Positions 53,532-64,000 of a stretch of 64,000 nucleotides of DNA are shown piece after piece. The stretch covers positions 22,692,001-22,756,000 of the forward strand of contig NC_092344.1 of assembly GCF_963676685.1 (NCBI RefSeq), written 5' to 3'. The number at the start of each line of letters is the position of its first letter. The stretch's first letter is position 1. The position numbers and the translations under genes are program-made. Origin of the DNA: Mytilus edulis (Eukaryota). The notes below the pieces were generated by a model, which saw nothing but the letters and a program-made list of their open reading frames with translations, searched no databases and was not told the origin of the DNA.

Positions 53532-53775
53532 AAGAAGATGTGGTATGATTGCCAATGAGACAACTATCCACAAAAGACCAAAATGACACAAACATCAACA
53601 ACTATAGGTCACCGTACGGCCTTCAACAATGAGCATTGAGCCCATACCGCATAGTCAGCTGTAAAAGGCCCCGATAAGACAATGTAAAACAATTCAAACG
53701 AGAAAACTAACGGCCTTATTTATGTGAAAAAATGAACGAAAAACAAATAACACATAAACAAAGACAACCACTGAT
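53532..53775 (+). mobile_element. Copy of the aagaagatgtggtatg dispersed repeat, nested inside the 53051-55757 element
   Basis: High similarity to 36515-36760. Confidence 0.8.
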
Positions 53776-53791
53776 ATACTCACTTTTGCTG

Positions 53792-53922
53792 TGCTGCGAC
53801 TCCCCAAAAGTTTAAAGAATTGAAACCAACTTTGGGACGTACATGTACATCTATACATGCTGCGACTCCCCAAAAGTTTAAAGAATTGAAACCAACTTTG
53901 GGACGTACATGTACATCTATAC
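53792..53922. repeat. 66-bp direct duplication
   Basis: tgctgcgactccccaaaagtttaaagaattgaaaccaactttgggacgtacatgtacatctataca occurs twice. Confidence 0.9.
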
Positions 53923-56900
53923 AGAGGGACAAGGGTAAAACGTATTGCCCCCTCCGCTATGGCAGAGGCAAAATTAAAAAAAAATCATACAGATTTGATT
54001 AGTTCCCTTTCACAGCATGCAGGTAGAGCCTCATATTACTTCAATACATGTGATACAAATGTGTTTACAAATGTAGTGTAAGCTTAAGTAATTATAAGCA
54101 AAAGTATGTCCATAAAAAATATTTCCTTTTCATTGAACAACAGAAATTAGCTCAGCACCTTTTTCTTTTTTTTTTCATACTACACCAGAAGAGTGTTACA
54201 TTTTGAGAGTCATACAAAATTTGGGACTAACTTTGAAGTTTTGTAACTTACTTTGAGCTGGAGATGTTTCTCATGTTTCGTTTTTACAATCATGACAATG
54301 GTAAACTTAATTTCTTTCTTCTAAAGATGTAATTTCTGATTGTCTCTCCAAGTTCAAACATGTGCCTTTCTTAACCATCATACGGCACATAGAGGAACTT
54401 GGAAACAAAGCCCAGATTAATGACAATTAATTCTTTCCCAAACATTGCAGACCGGTGTCAATAATTATCATATTTAATGAATTACGTTTACCTATTGTAA
54501 AACGCTTCAATGACTTTGACAAAAGATTGCAATGCAGACAAATGATTACAAGTGACTGGGATTAGAAAAACGTCATAATTACGTCAGCAAAATGGTGGTT
54601 TTGACGCTTACAATACAAATGAAGATGAAGTAATATAGCTGTCAAAATAAAGCAGATTTGTTATCAGATAAGTAAATTATATATATTTTTGATTTTTTTT
54701 TTTTGCTGAATAACTATTTGTTGAAGCATTATAATAATTATTGATTAATTATAATAAATATAAAACACCAGAAAGTGAAAGTAACCTGTTGGTTTAATGT
54801 TTTCCATTCAGGAATAACTGATAGATTTGTACAATATATTTTATTTCAAGGTAAACATAATTCATGCTTTAGCCATTCTTATGATTGTGTGTGGGCAAAT
54901 TAAAAGGGGAAAAGGGGGGGGGGGGGGGTACATTATTTGAAATGTCATGAAAAGGCAAGTAGTATTCATGTTATTAATCTTACTCTATTGATATTTTAAT
55001 AAAAACAACAATTATTAAATTAAATTATTACATTGTATTATACCTGTTAGAAACTGTTTAATCTTGAGTGTTTATTTAAAACAAATATCAAGGACTTTTG
55101 ATTCTTTGTGGAGTGATTTTTGATTTTGCAGGGGGAAACTTAGATGCATTTATTGATTAAAAGATCTGTTCAACTGGGAAGAATTTCAAGCAGAACAACT
55201 TCACCAAGATGTTATGTAGCATTTCTAGTTGGAAGTCCAGCAATTTCAATTACAGACAGGAAGAGAAGTTTACTTATGATAATAACACAAAAATGAATAT
55301 TCAAGAAAATCCTTTTTAATAATTTCATGAACTTTAGATGAACAGTTCATGAACACAGTAGTTCATGTGTTCATGAATGATTCATGGACTGGTATATTTC
55401 ATGAACAAATTCATGAATCATTCATAAAAAATTCATGAACTATACATGAACAGGACATGAACTACAAATGGACAAGCGTGTTCATGAACTATAAAATCAT
55501 GAACAATTCATGAATAATAAAAGTTCAAGAACTATTTTTGTTCATGAACTTTAGTGAACCAAAGAGTTCATGAACACTTTCTGTTCATGAATAGTTCATT
55601 ATTCACTGGTTCATGAACATGCATGTCCATTTGTAGTTCATGTCTAGTTCATTAACTGTTCATGAATCTTTTATGAACAATTCATGAATTGTGTTCATGA
55701 ATCATTCATGAATCATCCATGAACATTCATGAATTATTCATAATCATTTCGCAGGGGGGTCACTATCAAAAGGAAAAAAAAATATCTTATTTTAAATGTA
55801 CATATAATTAAGTTATAATTGAACAAACAATATAATATATAACAAACAACATGCCCTTTTTAAATTTATATAATTTAAGTAAATCTATATGAATTATAAA
55901 CATAAATACTGATACAATGCATAGATCCCAAATGACATATGTACATTTCTAATTACAAAATAAAAAAATACAAAATTAACGTGTAATAATTGAACAAACA
56001 ATATATATAAGGCCTAAAACCAGAGGCTCCCTGGAGCCTGGAGCCGCACACCTGGTAACCTGTTGGATACCCAACAGAAGCAACCGTCCATGTTTTTTGA
56101 CAAATTGGAACAAAATGAGCAATCTTTTCCCCTAGGGTCCAATGTTAAACTATGTTCCCTGCTGGTGGCCATAATGGATCAGGTGTGGACATGTCGGATA
56201 CAATTTTTAAAGAAAACCACCTAAGGACCATTGTCACCAAGTTTGGTTCCAACTGGTACAGTAGATTCAGAAGAGGAGATCTTTGAATACATTTTCCCAA
56301 AATGGCATCCATCTTGGATCATGTGTGGACATGACGGATACAATTTTGAAATGGGACCGCTCAAAGACTTTTGTGACCAAGTTTGGTTCCAATTGGCCAA
56401 GCGGTTTCAGAGGTGTAGAAAACAATAGGGGCATCCTCAGGGGTTTTCTTCAGAGCAAGGGATGACGGAGATCCCTCTCAATTAATGCCCCTTCAAAAAT
56501 GGTGTATTCTTTAATACAATTTAAGAACAAGGCGGGCTTGTGATTATATCCCCATCTGAACAAATTTTCTGAAGAAAACGCTGATCCTATGTCTCATAAC
56601 TTTTTAGTTTTTTATTTAAATTGGAATTTTCATGCAGTATAATTTTTATAGTGTGGATATTATAATTGCTTCATTATATTTGTACTTTCAGTAGAAATGA
56701 ATTTTTTATAGTGAAGATTAAAGAATGATCATACCACAAAGATTTATGGTTGTTTTTGTTAAACTGTGAGTTAGCATGATGCATGATTTACTGAAACCCT
56801 AATTTCCAAAACAAGTACTGTGACCGCAAATTATTCAATACAACAATTTTTTATTGGAATTCCACTGGAGAGAAATTGTCTGGCATTCCACTGATCTACT

Positions 56901-57992
56901 GGAATTCCACTGATTGACCAGTGATAATTCCAGTGGAATCTACTGGAATTCCACTGATTTACCAGTGATAATTCCAGTGGAATCAACTGAAATTCCACTG
57001 ATTTACCAGTGAAGATTCCAGTAGATCAGTGGAATGCCAGAGAAAATACCACTGGAATTCCACTGGAACTTGTTGCATTCCACTGGAGTTACCACTGGTA
57101 ATTCAGTGGAATTCCAGTAGATCAGTGGAATGCCAGACATTTTTTACCGCTGGATTCCACTGGAATTCCACTGGAATCCAGTGGTTAATCCACTGATTTT
57201 GCCAGTGGCTTTCCAGTGGAATTCCACTGGGATTTTGTCATCTTTTTCTATGGGGTTATTTATATTAACAAATCTTCATAAAAAGTTATTAATATTAATA
57301 AATCTTCATATACAGTTATTAATGTTAATAAAATTTATTGCAGAAATTATTGGATATTTCTGATACTTCACTTTTGAGTAATTCAGTTTTATATATTAAA
57401 ATAATTTATATCGCAGTCTGTCATTAAGTAAATAACCCACCTTTATAACACATGGTATAACATGGTAATTGTTGTTTTTATTGAAACACCTGTGTTATAT
57501 TTTCAAAGGATTTTGTGTAAGTGCATTGATTAAATGTTAACAATATCACTTTTATCAAAAGAAAAAAATGTTTTTATTATCTTTTAGGCAAATGCTCTAT
57601 AGAATTAAAAACAGAAATAAGGAATGTGTCAAAGAGACCACAACTGGCTCAAAATGCATATAAAAAGCCAAGGTCACCAATGGGTCTTCAACACAGCAAG
57701 AAAATCCTGCACTCTTAGGCAGGCTTCATCTGACCACTAAACAATATTCTTTACTAGTTAAGTGAATATAGACTTCACACTACTCTCAGAAGCGTATAAA
57801 TGAACTAGAATTAAAAAAAACCCATACAAGACTAAAAAAAGATAGAGGCTCCTGACTTTGGAGAAGCGCAAAAAATTTTCTGATATGAATTAAACAGGAT
57901 TTTCCTCAATATAGTAGAAATTAAAATTACATTTTAGTCTAAAATAACAAAATCACATGCATGCAAAAATTTCTGAAATTCCAGTAATTGAA

Positions 57993-58202
57993 TACTGTAA
58001 ATTCAGAAATTATTGCAAGGTTTTTATTATTGCGAAATATGTGACAGAGTTGTAAACGCAATAATTTCAACTCCCATTTTGAAATATTTTACATGAATTT
58101 AACTGGATTTTTTTCAAAATCATAAAAATTTAAATTGCATTTAAGTCTTAAATGACAAAATCGCAATAATAAATGCACGCAATAATTTCTGAATTTACAG
58201 TA
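57993..58202. mobile_element. TA-flanked MITE
   Basis: Perfect 24-bp inverted ends tactgtaaattcagaaattattgc / gcaataatttctgaatttacagta. Confidence 0.85.
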
Positions 58203-58531
58203 AGTAGTTTTAGCATCATTACAAAGTATGTAGTCACTACAATCAGAAATGACGAAAACACATACCCTTATGCAGAACACAAGTTTTGATTAAGTTTGTT
58301 AGCTTCAAACAAATTAAGATTCCATTTTTATACAACCGGTGAAGATAGAAAATGCTTCCATCAAATTTTATGAAACTTGTAAGGAGTTTTTTTTTATCGC
58401 ATTATGTGCACCTTGCACAGTTGTTAATTTTTTCCTTGTAGTTCTTTAAAATTTATTTGAAACAAAATTTAAAGGTTTTCTGTAAAATCCTATCTGAAAC
58501 AAAATTAAAAATGGCGACATTTTTCTTTTAG

Positions 58532-58700
58532 GAAAACAGCAAGAAATTTCAATCCTCCTATGTGTAAGGCAGCTAAGATAACTATAGCAGAGGTGGAGGA
58601 GATTGTCCCATGTGGTGCTATAGCCCCAGAGGATGTCCATGTACCACATGCCTTTGTACAAAGAGTTATCAAAGGACCTAAATATGAGAAACGAATAGAG
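58532..58700 (+). CDS. OXCT1: OXCT1 exon 7 ([15 protein letters not shown]...YEKRIE)
   Basis: ttcttttag/gtagat; ARNFN.PMCKAA motif. Confidence 0.95.
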
Positions 58701-59367
58701 GTAGATAATTTTAATCATCATAATCAGATGTTTGAGTTAAAGTTTTGGTAAATCCAGAAAAGCACTTCCAACACTTTGAAAGGATTGTTTTCTTTTCATT
58801 GATCAACAAAATTAAGAAAATAGTTGTATTCATATGTTATTCTTGAAGTTAGACATGTGTTGAGCTAAATCCAACATGTAAATTTATTATCAAAATTATC
58901 ACATCTTCCTATATCTAGGACACCAAATTAACATGTATCATGGTACATGTAATAAGTTTTTGAGCTGTAAGAATGAGTTGTAATGTCAAAATTTTTATTG
59001 AAAAGTACGAATTCATATGAGGTACAAAAACATATGAATAGACCTTAAAGCAATATATTCAATAACATTGATTTAAAGAGATGATGAGGAAAATTTTGAT
59101 CTCCTTAGGAGTAGACATGTCCTAAGGATTTAGATTTACTCAAAACAGAAAAGTCACCCCTAAAATGGAGAGATAGCAACAGATATGTCAGGTTTATATG
59201 CAACTCATGTTTTTACCAGAATTTTTACACAATATGATTGAAATAATTCTACAGATGGACAAAGGAACCAACAAAAAACTGTTAAATAGATGAATATTCT
59301 TATTTTCAACTAAGTTTTACCCACAAAAAAAAGTAAATAGTATTGACATTTCATCAATTAATTTCAG

Positions 59368-59482
59368 AGATTGAAACTTCGTAAAGAAAAAGGCAGCACC
59401 ACTCATGCTACTGATCCAGCATCACTTATGAGGGAAAGAATAATCAGGAGGGCAGCACTAGAATTCCATGATGGTATCTATG
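59368..59482 (+). CDS. OXCT1: OXCT1 exon 8 (RLKLRKEK...RERIIRRAALEFHDGIY)
   Basis: atttcag/gtatgt; RERIIxRAALEF motif. Confidence 0.93.
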
Positions 59483-59947
59483 GTATGTCTGTTTACCATA
59501 TGTAATATTTAAATAATAATTCGGCAAATGGGGAAAGATGATAAAACAATAAAAAAGGAGACTTGTACAGTTCATGATGTGGTTCTTTGTACATGTTTGT
59601 AAGTAAAACATTCTTGTCTTGTCACTGTTTATGTCAAAGCTGTTTTTATGAATGAAAGTATGTATGTGTTCATTGTCAGAGATTTACAGTTTTTATTCTT
59701 ATGTTCAAACATATAATTAATGTCAGTTTTCAAATGTTGGTAAAAATAAACAGTGATCACATTTGTATTTATAAATCTAAACTGTAAACCAATTATTTTC
59801 ATGAGTGATTTATTTATGTGGTTTTCACGAGTAGAAAAATTACATGAATATTAATTGTCACAATGATTATATTAAACTTAGAACATAAATTAATGTAAAC
59901 ACTTGAAAAATAAATTGCAGGAAAGTCATTTGAAAAGGCTTAACACA

Positions 59948-60240
59948 AAACAAGAATTTGTCCATTGTACACTAATGCCCAGATTGTACTATCATTTTCT
60001 ATGTCCAGTGGACCGTGAAATTTGGGTCAAAACTCTAATTTGGCATTAAAATTAGAAATATCATATCATAAGGAACATCTGTACTTAGTTTCAAGTTGAT
60101 AGGACTTCAACTTCATCAAAACTATTTTTAACAAAAACTTTAACCTGAAGCGGGACAAACCGAAAGACGAATGGACGGACAAATAGATGATTGAATAGAC
60201 GCACAGACAAGAAAACATAATGCCCATAAATGGGGATAAA
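59948..60240 (-). mobile_element. HINE-like element, same family as 35882-36353, with one core repeat
   Basis: Reverse-complement similarity (ttaacctgaagcgggaca, gaaaacataatgccc). Confidence 0.7.
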
Positions 60241-60310
60241 AAAATGGTATCTGCTAAAAATAAATTGGTTTACACTTATTTTGGCTTTGTTCTGCAGATT
60301 AAAGGTTATA

Positions 60311-61641
60311 TTTGTTTTCTTCACAGCAAACCTTGGGATTGGTATGCCTATGTTAGCCAGTAATTATGTTTGTTTTCTTCACAGCAAACCTTGGTATTGG
60401 TATGCCAATGTTAGCCAGTAATTATGTTTGTTTTACCCACAGCAAACCTTGGGATTGGTATGCCAATGTTAGCCAGTAATTATGTTTGTTTTCTTCACAA
60501 CAAACCTTGGTATTGGTATGCCTATGTTAGCCAGTAATTATGTTTGTTTTCTCCACAGCAAACCTTGGTATTGGTATGCCTATGTTAGCCAGTAATTATG
60601 TTTGTTTTCTTCACAGCAAACCTTGGGATTGGTATGCCTATGTTAGCCAGTAATTATGTTTGTTTTCTCCACAGCAAACCTTGGTATTGGTATGCCTATG
60701 TTAGCCAGTAATTATGTTTGTTTTCTTCACAGCAAACCTTGGGATTGGTATGCCTATGTTAACCAGTAATTATGTTTGTTTTTCCACAGCAAACCTTGGT
60801 ATTGGTATGCCTATGTTAGCCAGTAATTATGTTTGTTTTCTCCACAGCAAACCTTGGTATTGGTATGCCTATGTTAGCCAGTAATTATGTTTGTTTTCTC
60901 CACAGCAAACCTTGGTATTGGTATGCCTATGTTAGCCAGTAATTATGTTTGTTTTCTTCACAGCAAACCTTGGGATTGGTATGCCTATGTTAACCAGTAA
61001 TTATGTTTGTTTTCTCCACAGCAAACCTTGGTATTGGTATGCCTATGTTAGCCAGTAATTATGTTTGTTTTCTTCACAACAAACCTTGGTATTGGTATGC
61101 CTATGTTAGCCAGTAATTATGTTTGTTTTCTCCACAGCAAACCTTGGTATTGGTATGCCTATGTTAGCCAGTAATTATGTTTGTTTTCTTCACAGCAAAC
61201 CTTGGGATTGGTATGCATATGTTAGCCAGTAATTATGTTTGTTTTCTCCACAGCAAACCTTGGTATTGGTATGCCTATGTTAGCCAGTAATTATGTTTGT
61301 TTTCTTCACAGCAAACCTTGGGATTGGTATGCCTATGTTAACCAGTAATTATGTTTGTTTTCTCCACAGCAAACCTTGGTATTGGTATGCCTATGTTAGC
61401 CAGTAATTATGTTTGTTTTCTCCATAGCAAACCTTGGTATTGGTATGCCTATGTTAACCAGTAATTATGTTTGTTTTCTCCACAGCAAACCTTGGTATTG
61501 GTATGCCTATGTTAGCCAGTAATTATGTTTGTTTTCTCCACAGCAAACCTTGGTATTGGTATGCCTATGTTAGCCAGTAATATGTTTGTTTTCTCCACAG
61601 CAAACCTTGGTATTGGTATGCCTATGTTAGCCAGTAATTAT
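60311..61641 (+). repeat. 58-bp tandem array (23 units); each unit is the polypyrimidine tract, the AG acceptor and the first ~41 nt of OXCT1 exon 9
   Basis: Unit gtttgttttctccacag|caaaccttggtattggtatgcctatgttagccagtaattat; the last unit runs into the real exon. Confidence 0.95.
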
Positions 61642-61695
61642 ATAACACCAGGAATGACAGTACATTTACAGAGTGAAAATGGAATTTTGGGATTG
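61601..61695 (+). CDS. OXCT1: OXCT1 exon 9 ([32 protein letters not shown]), contains the catalytic Glu (SENG)
   Basis: ctccacag/gtaact; NLGIG and QSENG motifs. Confidence 0.93.
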
Positions 61696-62270
61696 GTAAC
61701 TAATGATTTAAGCCAAAACACAGTTTTTTCAAGTTATTCTATTTTCCTTGATCCAAAATATCTTTGCATGACCTATTGTGTTTATAGTGCATCATCATCT
61801 AAAATGGAGGCTTCAGTTGAGAGAATTTGACTTTTTTTTTGTGAATTATGACCCCAAGTGTGATGTTGCAAACATGTGTGTTGTCTTATTTCTTTATTTC
61901 CTATACACAGATTGACTGAGTAAATAATAATGCAGACAAAACTGCAAAAACCAGAAGTAAATAAATGGTTGCTTCAGAGAAAGTGTATTGTGACCTTCAC
62001 TAGTCACCAATGCAATAGCCAATTGAAATATCAAAGGATAGGCTAATAAAATTAACACTTTTGTGGTATAACTTATACTTAACACACTCTATTTAGATTA
62101 TAAGATAAACATCTCTTCATGCAGAAGAAAGATAATAGTGGAATATTGATCTGCCTCCTTTTGGGATGTTAAGATTGTTCAAGACAAAATGATGAAAAAA
62201 CTTTAGTAGATATTTTCTTCAACTCTATGGTCCAGACCAAAACCTAATTGATAATTTTCTTCTACTCTAG

Positions 62271-62392
62271 GGTCCATTTCCAGCACAAGGAGAGGTAGAT
62301 CCAGACCTAATTAATGCTGGTAAAGAAACGGTAACAAGTATTCCTGGTAGTTCTTTCTTTTCCAGTGATGAATCTTTTGCAATGATCAGAGG
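62271..62392 (+). CDS. OXCT1: OXCT1 exon 10 ([41 protein letters not shown])
   Basis: tactctag/gtaggt; [11 protein letters not shown] and [12 protein letters not shown] motifs. Confidence 0.95.
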
Positions 62393-62603
62393 GTAGGTTG
62401 TTGCAATGTTTTTGTTGTAATGATATTCAGAGATTTGAAGATGAACCATTTCAATAAGTGTTGTGTTTACTCAATTTAAGATATGTTTATGAATTATTTT
62501 ACAAAAAAAATCTTAAAACCAAATTAAAATAATGTTGATGATGGATTAAAAGACAGAAAATAAAGGGGGGGGAGGCAGGAAATAGTGATAAATTCAATTT
62601 TAA

Positions 62604-63171
62604 GGTGGCTCGGGCCTAATCGAAGTTTCTATCAGAAGTGCTGTATTTTTTGTTATTTTCTTCTTTACAGAGGGTGTATAAAATCAGTCGGAAAAAAATA
62701 GGGGGGTCAAGGACCATTTAAGCTAAAACTTTTACTTTTGAACAGGTATGTAAAAGGAACCATTATTCAATGAAATGTTAGGGAAAATAGAGGTGTGGCC
62801 ATATTTTTAACGGAATATCAAAAAAACGTTCTATGACACTTGGTCCAAAACTGTAATATAAACAGCTGAAATATAGCTTCAAAGAATGAGCAAATAAAAA
62901 ACATAGGTCACCGATAAGGAAAAAAATATTTTGCCTAAAAACCCACCTTTTGGTGGGAAAATGGTGAAATTGGGTGAAATGTCTTATTTTGAGCCTTTCA
63001 CAGGTACACATAATAACGATAATATTTTTTTAGTGACATTACTACAATGATTTAACATTTCTAATCAATCAAAATATTAAAAAAAATAATATTGAATTTA
63101 CGACACATACTTTTCGTGTGCATTGTAATTCATGCGTGAAATTATGCGCTGTCGAATAGTCCTGATCCACC
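62604..63171. mobile_element. Kolobok-like non-autonomous element
   Basis: TTAA on both sides; TIRs ggtggctcgggcctaatcga / tcgaatagtcctgatccacc. Confidence 0.75.
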
Positions 63172-63219
63172 TTAAGGACACTTTTATGATGATATCACAT
63201 TATCACAAATACATCAGAA

Positions 63220-64000
63220 AATGTCACATGATTACTGAATATGCAAAAATTTATCACATGATACAATGATATGCCACATGATTACCAAAGATACAATAAT
63301 ATGTCACAAGATTACCAAAGATACCAGTAGATTTTGTCAGCTGGTGGTCCGGCGGACCAGTAGAAATTTTTCGTTAAAATCAATGATTGCATCTCTGTCT
63401 CGGTTTGTTTACAAAAAAATAAACCTGAGAAATTATTTTTAGGGTATTGGGGGTGCTATTTTTGGAATAAAGAATAGGAAAGCAGCTGAGGAAAATAAAA
63501 CTAAACATCTGTCATATCTTTTAGTGGTTATCAAATGGATGTCATTTTTGCAGGACCAGTAAATTTTGAGCCGGACCAGTAGATCTTAAGTCCACTGGTC
63601 CAGCTGGCAGGAACACTTAAAAGCTTAAATTCAACCCCTGGTCACATGATTACCAAAGATACAATAATAAGTCACATCATTACCAAAGATACAATATTAT
63701 GTCTGTCACATGATTACCAAAGATACAATAATATGTCACATGATTATCAAAGATACAATAATATGTCACATGATTATCAAAGATACAATATTATGTCTGT
63801 CACATGATTACCAAAGAGACAATAATATGTCACATGATTACCAAAGATACAATAATATGTCACATGATTACCAAAGATACAATATTATGTTTGTCACAAG
63901 ATTACCAAAGATAAAATAATGTGTCACATGATTACCAAAGATAAAATAATGTGTCACATGATTACCAAAGATACAATTTTATGTCTGTCACATGATTATC
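63220..64000. repeat. 30/34-bp minisatellite (tgtcacatgattaccaaagatacaataata), interrupted at about 63325-63640 by a GC-richer transposon-like fragment
   Basis: Direct periodicity up to the window end; the insert ends in ttcaacccctg. Confidence 0.88.

Larger units (their letters stand above)
53051..55757. mobile_element. Nested non-autonomous DNA transposon with subterminal ttcatgaa arrays
   Basis: Ends cccctgcgagatga / tcatttcgcagggg; motif arrays at 53065-53330 and 55320-55745. Confidence 0.72.
52817..57255. mobile_element. Non-autonomous DNA transposon (CMC/EnSpm-like) with subterminal ccagtggaattccactgg arrays
   Basis: Ends ccccatagaaaa / ttttctatgggg, flanked by TT on both sides; motif arrays at 52830-53050 and 56855-57235. 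Confidence 0.7.

Noticed and set aside
60311-61641. CRISPR-like or mutually exclusive exon array interpretation of the 58-bp repeat
   Set aside because: No unique spacers, eukaryotic context, and units contain only the first ~41 nt of the exon without its donor

Overview
AT-rich animal (intron-rich, GT-AG) genomic DNA; the repeat families look like those of bivalve molluscs such as Mytilus (inference, not verified). Three protein-coding genes are supported, all on the + strand. (1) The 3' part of a protein 4.1/coracle (EPB41-family) gene, 180-21578: FERM C-lobe, FERM-adjacent region, a long run of phase-0 variable exons including a 2271-nt giant exon, and the 4.1 C-terminal domain. (2) A mitochondrial succinyl-CoA:3-oxoacid CoA transferase gene (OXCT1/SCOT), exons 1-10 at 31075-62392, continuing past the window. 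(3) An intronless Qa-SNARE syntaxin (42012-42911) nested on the same strand inside the 15.4-kb OXCT1 intron 5. The rest is Helentron/HINE-like elements, MITEs, nested CCCC-terminated transposons, a Penelope-like RT relic and several minisatellites. The most unusual observations: a 23-copy tandem array of the 3' splice site plus exon start in front of the OXCT1 catalytic exon; an in-frame duplicate of the OXCT1 exon 5 end with mostly synonymous differences; and dense GCATG (RBFOX-type) clusters positioned as a possible switch around the protein 4.1 giant exon. All exon calls are manual reconstructions without transcript evidence.
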